DNA of 64,000 nt from Octopus vulgaris (Eukaryota), in the NCBI GenBank assembly GCA_951406725.2, contig OX597821.1, positions 11,160,001 through 11,224,000 on the forward strand, written 5' to 3'. A model generated the notes under the pieces. It worked only from the letters and a program-made list of their open reading frames with translations, did no database searches and was not told the origin of the DNA. Below are positions 53,274 through 64,000 of the stretch, piece by piece; position 1 is the stretch's first letter; the number at the start of each line of letters is the position of its first letter. The position numbers were made by a program, and so were the translations under genes.

Positions 53274-53280
53274 TAATAAC
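51940..53280 (+). mobile_element. Decayed R4/Dong-like RLE LINE 3' portion with (TAA)n tail
   Basis: HHPKAEIERLYLTRKQGGCGLLQL, C..C..IDHVVS.C, LWNFTVQTDRKIDAN.P, LLIDMTVP, LSKYKD, IPVVIGALG. TAA array at 53211-53280. Confidence 0.85.
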
Positions 53281-54642
53281 ATCAATAGCCTAAAATTTAT
53301 GATGCGTTACAACTGTTGTTGCCGTTGATATTGCTGCAGGTTTTCTTGTTCAGTTCAGTGATACTATTGCGCATGCGATTACTGATGTATACAGTTTCTG
53401 TTGAAGAGTTATATTGCTGGTATCTGACCAGGTCACATCTGCTCTATTTGTGGATGGGTGAAAGCCCCTGAGTGCCTTCAGAGGGACACTGTATGCTTCT
53501 TGGTCTTCTGCTTTCAGCGGCAGTATGCAGCTCTACTACATTGGACGAGTGGATAAAATTTTGGAATAATTCCACTTACTCTGATACGTTTTTCGTCGAG
53601 ACAGCAATCTCTGCCATCTACAACAAAATAATTAAGAGCCACCAGATGTCCAACTCTGCTAGAACACTTTCTATCTTAACATGACATTCTTTCTCCCAAA
53701 ATATTTTGGGAAGCGTATGAGATCCATAACACTTATAAGAATTATGGAGTGCTTCACTGGGTGAGTTTTAGTCTTGAACAGGACCACTACGCTCTGGAAC
53801 TCACTTGTCTTGAATGTGTGTTCTAAATTTGCATAAATACCTTTCATGGCCCTTTCCACCTGAGTGTGTTTTCTGCACGTAATCGTCTGATTATAGCTGA
53901 CACACAACGATACAACATCCGCTGCCGGGCAGTTGCTGCAAAATTCTCGGCTGCGATAGCAAACTGTTCTCTCCACCTATTCACCTTCAGAAGTAGAGTC
54001 ACTTATGCTAGGTGTGCCTCTTTGTCGTTTAGGGAGAACTGGAAGTACGGTGCTGGTTTCTTCGACAGCTCAGTAGAAGTTCGCTTGCTCGTAATCTCTC
54101 TTCCGCTACTTACTTCACTGTTGTCGTTGTTGTAATTGCTACCAACGATAGTGTTGATGTTCTTGGTTTTGTTATATTTGTCCGTGTTGTAATTGCTTCT
54201 TCGCTGATGCTGTTACTGTTGTTGCCGTTGTTTTTGCTCCTGCAGCTTTTGCCTGTGTTGATGTTCTCTTTGAAAACAAGAATCGTTATCGTTACCATTG
54301 GATAGCTAGAGCTGTTACTTCTGTTATTAGTTGTTTTTCCTGTACAAATGTTGTCTAATGAAGTCAGTAGAAGCATGATTCTTTCTTCTTGCTACTTCTC
54401 AGTGAATCTTAAAGTACATGTTATGGGCGCCATATTGCCAGCACAAAAAAAAACAGAAACAGAGGAGGGCAAAAAAAAAATATGGCAAAAACCGTGTTCT
54501 TTAGAGAACAAACAAGCGGTTCTTTTTACTTCGTGAAGTAGGAGCCAAGATTTAAGAAATTTTTTCCTGAGAGTTAACAAATTGTTTCCAATAATGTTTA
54601 ACATACCTTCGAAGCCGCTACAACGTATGGCCACGATAGACG

Positions 54643-54822
<180 letters not shown>

Positions 54823-55485
54823 ACTGGTTTAATTATGATGTCAATATTGTAATGTAACTATTTACTCAGTTTATATCATGAATGGCTTTACAAAGTTTCC
54901 CAGCGAAAAAGCGAATTTTACACTTCGAGTAACAATCTTCAATCATAATTATATCATTATCGTCCTCACTATATTATTACCGCTGCTTTTGTTGCTGCAA
55001 ATAATTAACTGATGGCCTCTTTTTCCGTTCATAATATTTATATTAGCCGCTTCTAGTAAGCCTTAATCATTGGGAAAGTTGCGTAACGACCTATGCTACG
55101 TAACATGACTCCAAGGTCGGCCATATAAATGCTTGTTCGTTGAGTTAATGATTTTATATTTAAATCTACATGATCTGTTCTGTTAACCTTACTCATTTTT
55201 AGCTACAGTAGTGTGAAACTAATAGGAATTTTGTTGCTACTATGTTTGTTAGAAGCTCAAGCGACCACGTGTAACTCGTTGTTTTACTAGTATCTAAAAC
55301 TGAATTTAGTGCGTCTGTTTCTTTGCACCCACCTGCCACCTTAGAGATACATGCATATATGTTTATGTGTTCGTGTGCATGCGTTTGTGTGAGGAGAGAG
55401 AGAGAGAAGAAAGAGATATGGGAAGAGAAGAATTGCCGTTAGATTATTACAATGCAACAAGTACCTATAAAAAGATGGTTATTTT

Positions 55486-55881
55486 AGTGGCTGTGTGGTA
55501 AGTAGCTTGTTTACCAACCACATGGTTCCGGGTTCCGTCCCACTGCGTGGCACCTTGGGCAAGTGTCTTATACTATAGCTTCGGGCCCACCAAAGCCTTG
55601 TGAGTGGATTTGGTAGACGGAGACAGAAAGAAGCCCGTCGTATATATGTATATATATGTGTGTGTGTGTGTTTGTGTATCTGTGTTTGTCCCCCTAGCAT
55701 TGTTTGACAACCGATGCTGGTGTGTTTATGTCCCCGTTACTTAGCGGTTCGGCAAAAGAGACCGAAAGAATAAGTACTGCGCTTAAAAAAGAATAAATCC
55801 CGGGGTCGAGTTGCTCGATCAAAGGCGGTGCTCCAGCATGACCGCAGTCAAATGACTGAAACAAGTAAAAGAGTAAAAGAG
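55486..55881 (+). mobile_element. SINE family A, subfamily 2
   Basis: gtggctgtgtggtaagtagcttgtttacc...aagtaaaagagtaaaagag. Confidence 0.9.
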
Positions 55882-56185
55882 TTACCAGGCGTAGGCAGAA
55901 ATTTATAGAGTTGTTAGAGCATTGAAAAGAATATCAAGTTGCATTTCCTCCTGCTCCAAGTTCAAATACTGCCGAAGTCAACTTTGTCTTTCATGGTTTC
56001 GGGCTCACGAAAATGAACCAATCTAGAATGTTGAATTGAGGAAAATGTAAGAACATCGGATAGTCTGCTTTGCGTATATTACCCGAGTCTTTTGTACTGA
56101 ATTCAAATTTTCATCATAACCTACATGAGTGGGAATTTAATCGGTTTCCCGATTTAACACTGCCTTATACGTTGGCACTAAATAT

Positions 56186-56520
56186 ATGGCTCAGTGGTGA
56201 GAACATCGAGATCACAAGCATGAGGTAGTGAGTTCGATTCCTAGACCGAGCCCTATGCTGTGTTCTTGAGCAGGACACTTTATTTCACGTTGCTCCACTT
56301 CACGTAGCAGTAGAAACAAGTTGCGAAGTCACTGGTGCCTACCTGTTTCGATCTTTGCTTTTCCCTTGGATAACATCGGTGATGTGTACAGGTGAGTCTG
56401 GAATGCATGGGCGACTACTGGTCTTCCATGAACAACCGTGTTCGGATTTGTGACTCAAAAGGGCAACATTCTAGGTGCGATCCTGTGGTCACTTATGACC
56501 CAAGTGGGTCTTTACCCATT
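56186..56520 (+). mobile_element. Diverged tRNA-derived SINE
   Basis: A box tggctcagtggt, B box gagttcgattcct, then gtgttcttgagcaggacactt. Confidence 0.65.
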
Positions 56521-56606
56521 ATACTTTGGGTGCCTTTAGTGATGTTTACTAGTTTAAAGGTTTCTGGGTATAAACAGAAAATATTTCTTCTCTTCGCATT
56601 TCTTTC

Positions 56607-56642
<36 letters not shown>

Positions 56643-56952
56643 TCATTCTTTCTTTCTTTCTTTCATTCTTTCTCTCTCTCTCTCTCTCTACCTTTCTATT
56701 CCTCCCTTTCTCTACCTTTCTCTTTTCCTCTCTCCCTCTATCTATCTATCTACCCCTCCCCCCACTATCTCCCTCTCTATCTCTCTCATCTCTTCGTTCT
56801 CCCAATACATACATAATTCCAATGTTAAGACGTACTCTTTGAAACCGCCTGAATTTGCGAGCGCACCACACTGCACAAGTGCTTTCTATTATAATTGCGG
56901 ACAGATCTGTAGCTTGTGAGTTAATTTCTTCCACGGAAACAGTGTGGAGGCT

Positions 56953-57010
<58 letters not shown>

Positions 57011-57061
57011 CATTTCTAAATCTCTCAGAGAGATTTATGCAGTAGTGATACGATAAAGTAT

Positions 57062-57269
57062 TTGTATGCTGTCAACTTATTGTGACAGTGTCATGAAGGG
57101 AATAATACTACTGCTATTTAGCCCTAGGAAGCAGCACCGCTTCCTGTCAGCCTTGATACATTTCCTGTGTCCATATGTTTACTAGGAGGAGATAAGCACC
57201 TCCACCCACTAAGCCAGCAGTAGTATTATTCCCTTCATGGGACTGTCACATTATGTCGACAACATACAA
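57062..57269. mobile_element. MITE-like element with ~54-bp terminal inverted repeats
   Basis: ttgtatgctgtcaacttattgtgacagtgtcatgaagggaataatactactgct versus agcagtagtattattcccttcatgggactgtcacattatgtcgacaacatacaa. Confidence 0.75.
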
Positions 57270-57356
<87 letters not shown>

Positions 57357-57915
57357 CGTTATGTATATGTATGCTTGTGTGTATGATTGTTTCCACACCA
57401 CTTGGCAAATGTCATTGGTTTGTCGATATCCTCTTAAAATAGAGATTCTGCAAAGACATTGATAAATCATGTCCTAGATTTAATGAAAATAAATTCTGGC
57501 GTCGATTCGCTCGACTGAATCATTCAATGTGATATCCCAGTAAGGTCCCCTTTTTTTTTTTTTTTTTCATAAGTGAAAAAAATGAAAGAATAACAGAATA
57601 TACTGCAAACATTTTGACCGCGATTTAGCAAACTTTTAGTCCTTTAATGAAATGAATAAATAAATAATATTGTGTGTGTGCGTGCATAAGAGAGTGTGTG
57701 TGTGTTTGTGTGTGCATCTGTGTATGTTAATGTTCGCGCGAGTGAGTGTGTGTGTTGGTGATCGAATGGCTGCTAAACAAAATTTTAAGAAATCAATGAT
57801 TCATTTTCGGTCTTAGGAAAATTTTTGTTCTTTTCCTCTCCGAGTCTAAGCCGTTATTGTTACATTTGTTGGTGCCGTTTTTAGCCTTAGGCAAATATAA
57901 GTGGAGTAAACTTAC

Positions 57916-58096
57916 AAGCCGCAGGCTAAAACAGCTCCTTAAAGGAAAAAAATAGTTGTAAACTTCATTGCAAGGGAAAAAGACACAGACAGACAGATTA
58001 AAAATAACGCGTATCTTTTCCATTTTGAACTTCTAAATTTATTTATAATTCATAGGGATTCACTTCCTGCTTGGTCTCTCTCTCTCTCTCTTGTCC

Positions 58097-58153
<57 letters not shown>

Positions 58154-58235
58154 TCACCTCTTTTTCAGCTTCATTTTCTTCTCCTTCTTTCTCCCTCCCT
58201 CCCATTAGCGTTGTATCAACGGAGTCTAGAAACAA
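57916..58235 (-). other. Candidate spliced exon pair of an unidentified host transcript
   Basis: Donor GAG|gtgagt at 58158/58157, acceptor ttttttcctttaag| at 57938, a 22-nt exon at 57937-57916, then donor CTT|gtaagt. Confidence 0.35.
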
Positions 58236-59975
58236 ACTGATGTCTCTAAAGAAACAACAGAAGCATACACATGATGTCGGTTTCCACTCTTCTTCTAGTG
58301 TAGTCTTGTAACAATCGTTAGACTTGACAGCATTATCACCTCATCTGGATAACGAATAACTATACAGGTTGCAGTCTGTTATAAAAGCTCACAATTCAGC
58401 AGCAGCTTTTTTGTACCTCTTTGATACACCCGTCACATTTTAAAATTTCCCTCGTATGTAAAATAAAAATGAAATAGGAACAGTTGGGGATTAAAACCAA
58501 AAAGAACATAAGCAATACCAGAAAGAACTTAAGATTTCTGGCATACGTGTCGTGAAACACAAGCACACCAGACGTAGCACAGACACACACAGACAGGCAC
58601 GCACAAACATACACTCACACACACACACACACATACACACACAGGAAGCCAAATTATGAATAAAGTGCGAATTCGAGTATGTAAGAATAAATGGGGAGGT
58701 GTTAGATGATCGAGATCGCTTCACAACCATGTCCATACGATTTCTGGTAAGGGATCCAGGTAGAAGATGGCAGCAGCTGTTACAAAACTCACGACACGTG
58801 AAAGTATGCGCGTGTGCGCACCTTATTATGTGTCTCACAACATTTCACGACTTGTATCGATTTATTTACAATATAGTAACTTAGCGGTTCAGGAAAATGA
58901 TGTTGATGGAATACACTAAATACTGCCTTAAAGTATTCCGTCTTATTAGATCGAATCCAGTACTTATGTTAAAATCCTTTACTATTTTATTGTGCTATTT
59001 AAGCAGAACCGTTATTTTACTGGTTTAAGCAAGGCATGTTGTCAAGTAGAGCGAGACAGCACAGAGGCACACACTCACGTACACATACATACACATCTAA
59101 GTGGTCTCTCTCTCTCTCCCCCATCTCCATCTCTCTCTCCCTCTCTCTACATCTCTCTCTCGGTTTCCCTTTCACACGCTTGTCTGTATATGCCTGGGTG
59201 TCTGGCGGTCTTCTGCTCAGTTTCTGCCAAATTTCAATCAAAAGAAGCTGATGTAGAATAAACTTTGCCCAAGATACTGAGCACAAGGCTTTGAACATGG
59301 AATCAACAAGTTACGAACCTTTTAATCTTACTCCCCTTCTTGCAACTGCGACTCTGTATCTGTGTTTGCATGTGTTGTATTATGATATTGAAATAAATTT
59401 AATATATACTTTTTATCAAATTCTACTATGACAATGCTAGTTCTAAAGCGCAATTAATTTCATAACACCATTTAAATTGTTAAAAACATGAATGTTATAC
59501 TAACGACTGTAAATAAATATTAATATAATGTAACAATACGATGTTAAATCTTAAACAATAGATAAAAGATGATTTTGAAAAATGGCATTATAGCTCAAAC
59601 AATAAAGGTTTTGTTTAAATTATACAACAGAAACAAAAATACCGAAAGTCAGACTACGAAATTTAATAACGCTACGAATATTTACGAATTCATTTGTAAA
59701 TTCACTATTATTTGTTGAATCGTTAATTATTTTTTTTCTAAACTGTATTTCATAAATTTGAATGTTGGACGTTGGGAGGTAAGGTCTTTTGTTTGTGAGA
59801 AAAAAACATTTTTAGAGAATAACGCATATACGCATGATTAAGTGTGATCCTGTGTGTGTTTCTTGTAGCTTTTCTACAAATATGCAGTACTCAATGCAGT
59901 CTGTTTTAATCGTGTGTTCATAAACTCACACTAAAATTTCCAGACTTGCTGTGACCTAAGGTAACACACCACTAT

Positions 59976-60455
59976 TACTCTTTTACTCTTTTACTTGTTT
60001 CAGTCATTTGACTGCGGCCATGCTGGAGCACCGCCTTTAGTCGAGCAAATCGACCCCGGGACTTATTCTTTGTAAGCCCAGTACTTATTATATCGGTCTC
60101 TTTTGCCGAACCGCTAAGTGACGGGGACGTAAACACACCAGCATCGGTTGTCATGCAATGCTAGGGGGACAAACACAGACACACAAACACATACACACAC
60201 ATAAATATATACATATATATTGACTTTTTTAAAGGCGGTGCTCCAGCATGGCCGCAGTCAAATGACTGAAACAAGTACAAAAAAAAATATATACGACAGG
60301 CTTCTTTCAGTTTCCGTCTACCAAATCCACTCACAAGGCATTGGTCGGCCCGGGCTATAGCAGAAGACACTTGCCCAAGATGCCACGCAGTGAGACTGAA
60401 CCCGGAACCATGTGGTTGGTTAGCAGGCTACTTATCACACAGCCACTCCTGCGCC
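59976..60455 (-). mobile_element. SINE family A containing an antisense copy of its own tail
   Basis: Family A sequence. 60230-60277 is the exact reverse complement of 59992-60039. Confidence 0.9.
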
Positions 60456-61989
60456 TATCGAAATATATTTGATAATCACGTGTGAATAAGCATAACACTG
60501 ACAATCAAAGAGCAGTAACATCAGCAGTCGCTTTCTCAAAGAGAAAATGCGTATCATCTGAAATCCTGTCTTAATTCTAGACATAAGATCCAAACTCTTC
60601 TCTACTTGGTTCCACATGATATATTTCTTACTGATTAGCTTTAAAATAAGTGCAGCCCCAAGTACCTGATCAAAAGAGTGGATGCCTCAGACAATATGGG
60701 CATGCATCTGACCAAACACATGTATCGAGCTATAGTATCGAGCTGCTAAGTATATGTGAAGCAGAATCACCAACTGACAACCGCTGACACCTTTTTTGCC
60801 ACAAAAGATCTATATATTTTTGCCACTCACATTCCTAGTCAGAATCGGAATAATCAATACCATGTTGAGGAAGTCTCATAAAACTGTAACATGTCCGGAG
60901 TTATCACATTATATTCCATAGAAAGCATTTAGAATTTGGATTTGTCTTCATCAAAGTTTATTTGACTAAAATTCATTAACACTATTGTCGTTTCGTTTTT
61001 CACTGAATGAGTGACTTTAATGGATTAAAAATATTGATGTGTTTAGTTCTTATTTAATTGTTTTCATTTTTTCTTTTTTTAAACAAAAGGCAATCTCGAC
61101 AAAAGTCTTCCGTGACACTATTATAAATCATAAACGCTTTTTTCCCCGAAGAAAACTTTTGCTTTACCTTTAGTGAGGTAAAGAACATAAAAATACCTCT
61201 TTTGTAACTACATCAGTTCAGTAAAAGTTCTGTTTGAGCTGGTAGTGACAAAGAAATATAGGATGCAGTTTCATAAGGCAACGAAGGCAGTTTGAGCATG
61301 TTGAAAAGAAATAAGAATAAAGAAATTGGTTGTGAGAATGAGCGTAAATTGATGAATGGAATTGATATATTAAAATCAATACGCTTCACAAGGAAGGTTC
61401 ATACCACTTCTCCCAAATCATTCTTGACAGTTATATATGTATCTTATATATCACTTTCAATTTATGTATGTCTGTTGCAAATATTGCAATGTTCTGTGTT
61501 GATTTCCTTACATATGCCCGTACAAAGATATTACTTGATAATAAAAAATGCTTATTTAAGATATTAATAATAATAATCTTTTATACTGTAAGAACAAAAC
61601 CTGAAATCTGGGGGCATGGGGCTGGTCGATTACCTCGAGCCAGTGCTCAACTGTTACCTTATTTCATCGATCCAAAAAAGGATGAATGTTAATGTCGACT
61701 TTGGCGGAAATCGAACATACAAGGTAAAAAACCGAAAGAACTGTCACTACCAATTTTGTCCGACGCGGGAAAAGTTCTGACAGCATATTACCTTAATAAT
61801 AAATGGTGACAAACACAGGGGAATATAATGTGGGTGTCACAAAAGTCGTGTAAGAAGTAATAAAAAGGGTACAAAATAAAAGGGTACAATATAAAATACC
61901 CCAAAAGTATGAGACTTATTTGGGCTGCACATGGAGGTGCAACAAAACCACAGTCCATACCAGCCAGGTGATTTCGTCGACGCCCAGCG

Positions 61990-63830
61990 TGCCCCCGAAA
62001 ACATCGTTGCACTTGCCCTCCACAAACTCAGTTCTCCATTGTGCGGGTGTAGACAGCAAGTGGAGTGCCTGAGAAGTGGAACGCGTTCATTCAACAAAAA
62101 TGTAAGAGTATGTGATCTGCTTTGGTCAGACGTAAACTGGGACAAGGCACGTCCAGCAGGCGGTAATACATAACGAAAGTGAGGTAAGCATTCGGCACCC
62201 GTGCTCGACCTTTTGGAGACAGCTTTCCCTTAGTCCATTTCTGAGTGAGATTGGCTACCCTGCTCGTTCCTGTGTCCTAATTCATCTCCATCTGGAGATC
62301 CGGCCAAAACCAGATCCCAAACAAGTTAACCGGTCCCTCTGTCCAGCTTCCCACGACGGTATTGGGTGCTGATCAGCAGTAGTCTAAAAAGTACGAGGTA
62401 GTGATAGGAGCAAAAATTAACCCTTAAAAGTCAGTGGGCCTGAAGATCGGCACCCAATACCGTCTTGTTTGCGTTCTTTCTTAGCAGTGCCACCGTACCT
62501 CAACTCACAGAACTAGGAATTCTCCCACTCTCTGCTGCCAGTTGCGGTAGATATCAGCTAAAAGGCCACCGAACAATTCTGAGATATAAAAGTAAAGCTC
62601 GTAAGGGCAGATCATTGAAAGCAGGTGATTTAACCACTACCCCAACTCACAGCCGTGCAACTCATATCGGCGCTGTTATCGGAATATCGCAACGGTCCGC
62701 CCCACCCCCTTCGCGATAGTTGTGGTTGCTGTTGATATGGGCACGTGATCCATCCTGTGTTCTGGGCTGTCATTCGTCCTGAATAGTTGGGTGAATTGCT
62801 GCTGAAGTGCCGCACACATCTGTTCGGACACGAGTAACATGCGCCCATTTTGGTCCCCCAAACACCGATTTGTGGTTTTGATACCACGTTGTACCTCAGT
62901 CACTCGAGCCAATGAAGTCCGACACTACCACTGTGGGATCGTTCACATATGCCGACACGAAACTTCCGTATCCAAGTTCACGCGGATTGCTCCTCGAAAG
63001 CTCCATCTTCCGCAGTAGTGGCTCAAGTACCAGTACGTAGAGAAGGAGTGAGAGTGGGCATACTTGACGGACCGCATGTGCGATGCTAAACGATTCCGAG
63101 AGGTGTCCATTTCCTTTGACCACCAAATAGATATCGCTGTATATTGCAACAAACCAGCCTCCTAAAACGGGACCGAAAGCAGCCACCTTGAGGATAGCCA
63201 CTAGGAAGCCCCTTAAAAACCATCTGCTGGCCGTTACACTGGGATCTTCAATATCATGCGGGTAGCTGTTTGATGCTGTTAGAAGTCTCTAATGTCATTC
63301 GCACCATCATTAGGCTCTCCTGTTCTCTAAAAGTTTTGGGGCTGCAGTTCACCACCTCTATTTCAATGTTCTCGTTTTTTTTTCTATGTGCGTCATCAGC
63401 TTTTCATTGGCCCTCCTTGCTGCCGTGTGGATGGTTGTTGTTGTAGTGACATTTTTCTTTTCATTACTCTGTAACTGCTCTGGCTTCTCATGAAGAACCT
63501 CGAAGATAGACCCCAGCCAATTCTCCCTCCTCGATCTTTTAACATCCAGGAGATTATCCTCATTGTCCGTACGAATACAGGCGAGAATCCATCATAAATC
63601 CAAGCCTAGTGGGACTCCAGGTACCTTAATTCCCATGTGCGTTGGAAAGTGGGCGGTTTCCTCGGTGCGGCGCGTGGTCATCGAGTTCTGTATCACCTGC
63701 TCCTCTGCCTTAAAAAGGACCTCTACTCCGCTGTACTGCCTCATTCTATCAATGTGGTGGATATCCTGCCGTTTGTTTTTCAAGTCTTTTTCTACGTGGT
63801 CGCGTTTAGCATTTTTGAGTTACCTTGTCT
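61990..63830 (-). pseudogene. Rearranged L1/Tx1-clade LINE relic
   Basis: FGP..W...NGHLSESF...VRQVCPLSLLLYVLVLEPLL..VSAYVND (63201-62905), linker and RT start GRIPSSV..GTVALLRK (62912-62460), plus-strand YEVVIGAKINP*KSVGL (62392-62450), KWTKGKLSPKGRARVPNAY (62360-62150). Confidence 0.82.
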
Positions 63831-64000
63831 TTGTGTTCACGCACCTATAGACAACTGTACGTTTCGATGTAGCTTCGAATACGTCACTTTCAGACGTCAA
63901 TTCTCCCCTCCTTCCATTCATTTTCATATATCATGCTGCCTTCTATAGCTTTTCTATTCTGTTCTCCAATGAGACGTTAATTAATCCCTTAGCTGCCGTG

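Noticed and set aside
53400-54100. GC-richer block with ORFs of 70-101 aa
   Set aside because: Probably an old TE relic, but no motif was identifiable.

Overview
This is AT-rich, repeat-saturated animal genomic DNA. The SINE families, huge (TA)n/(CA)n/(TAA)n tracts and TE mix look like an octopus (coleoid cephalopod) genome; that assignment is inference. No host protein-coding gene can be recognised with confidence, and most ORFs in the track are microsatellite artefacts. Recognisable content: a decayed Gypsy gag-pol, a 5'-truncated CR1-group LINE with an open RT frame, several R4/Dong-like RLE LINE 3' ends (most beside TAA arrays), a scrambled L1/Tx1 relic, three mariner relics, a hAT MITE with an 8-bp TSD, at least three tRNA-derived SINE families, and a Penelope-like GIY-YIG relic. 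The most interesting signal is a set of type I hammerhead-ribozyme motifs, both canonical and core-variant. They sit in several distinct non-coding Penelope-like terminal-repeat families that abut microsatellites. The window also has many inverted repeats and hairpins from about 50 bp to 3.9 kb, and a possible minus-strand spliced 5' exon pair near 58 kb.
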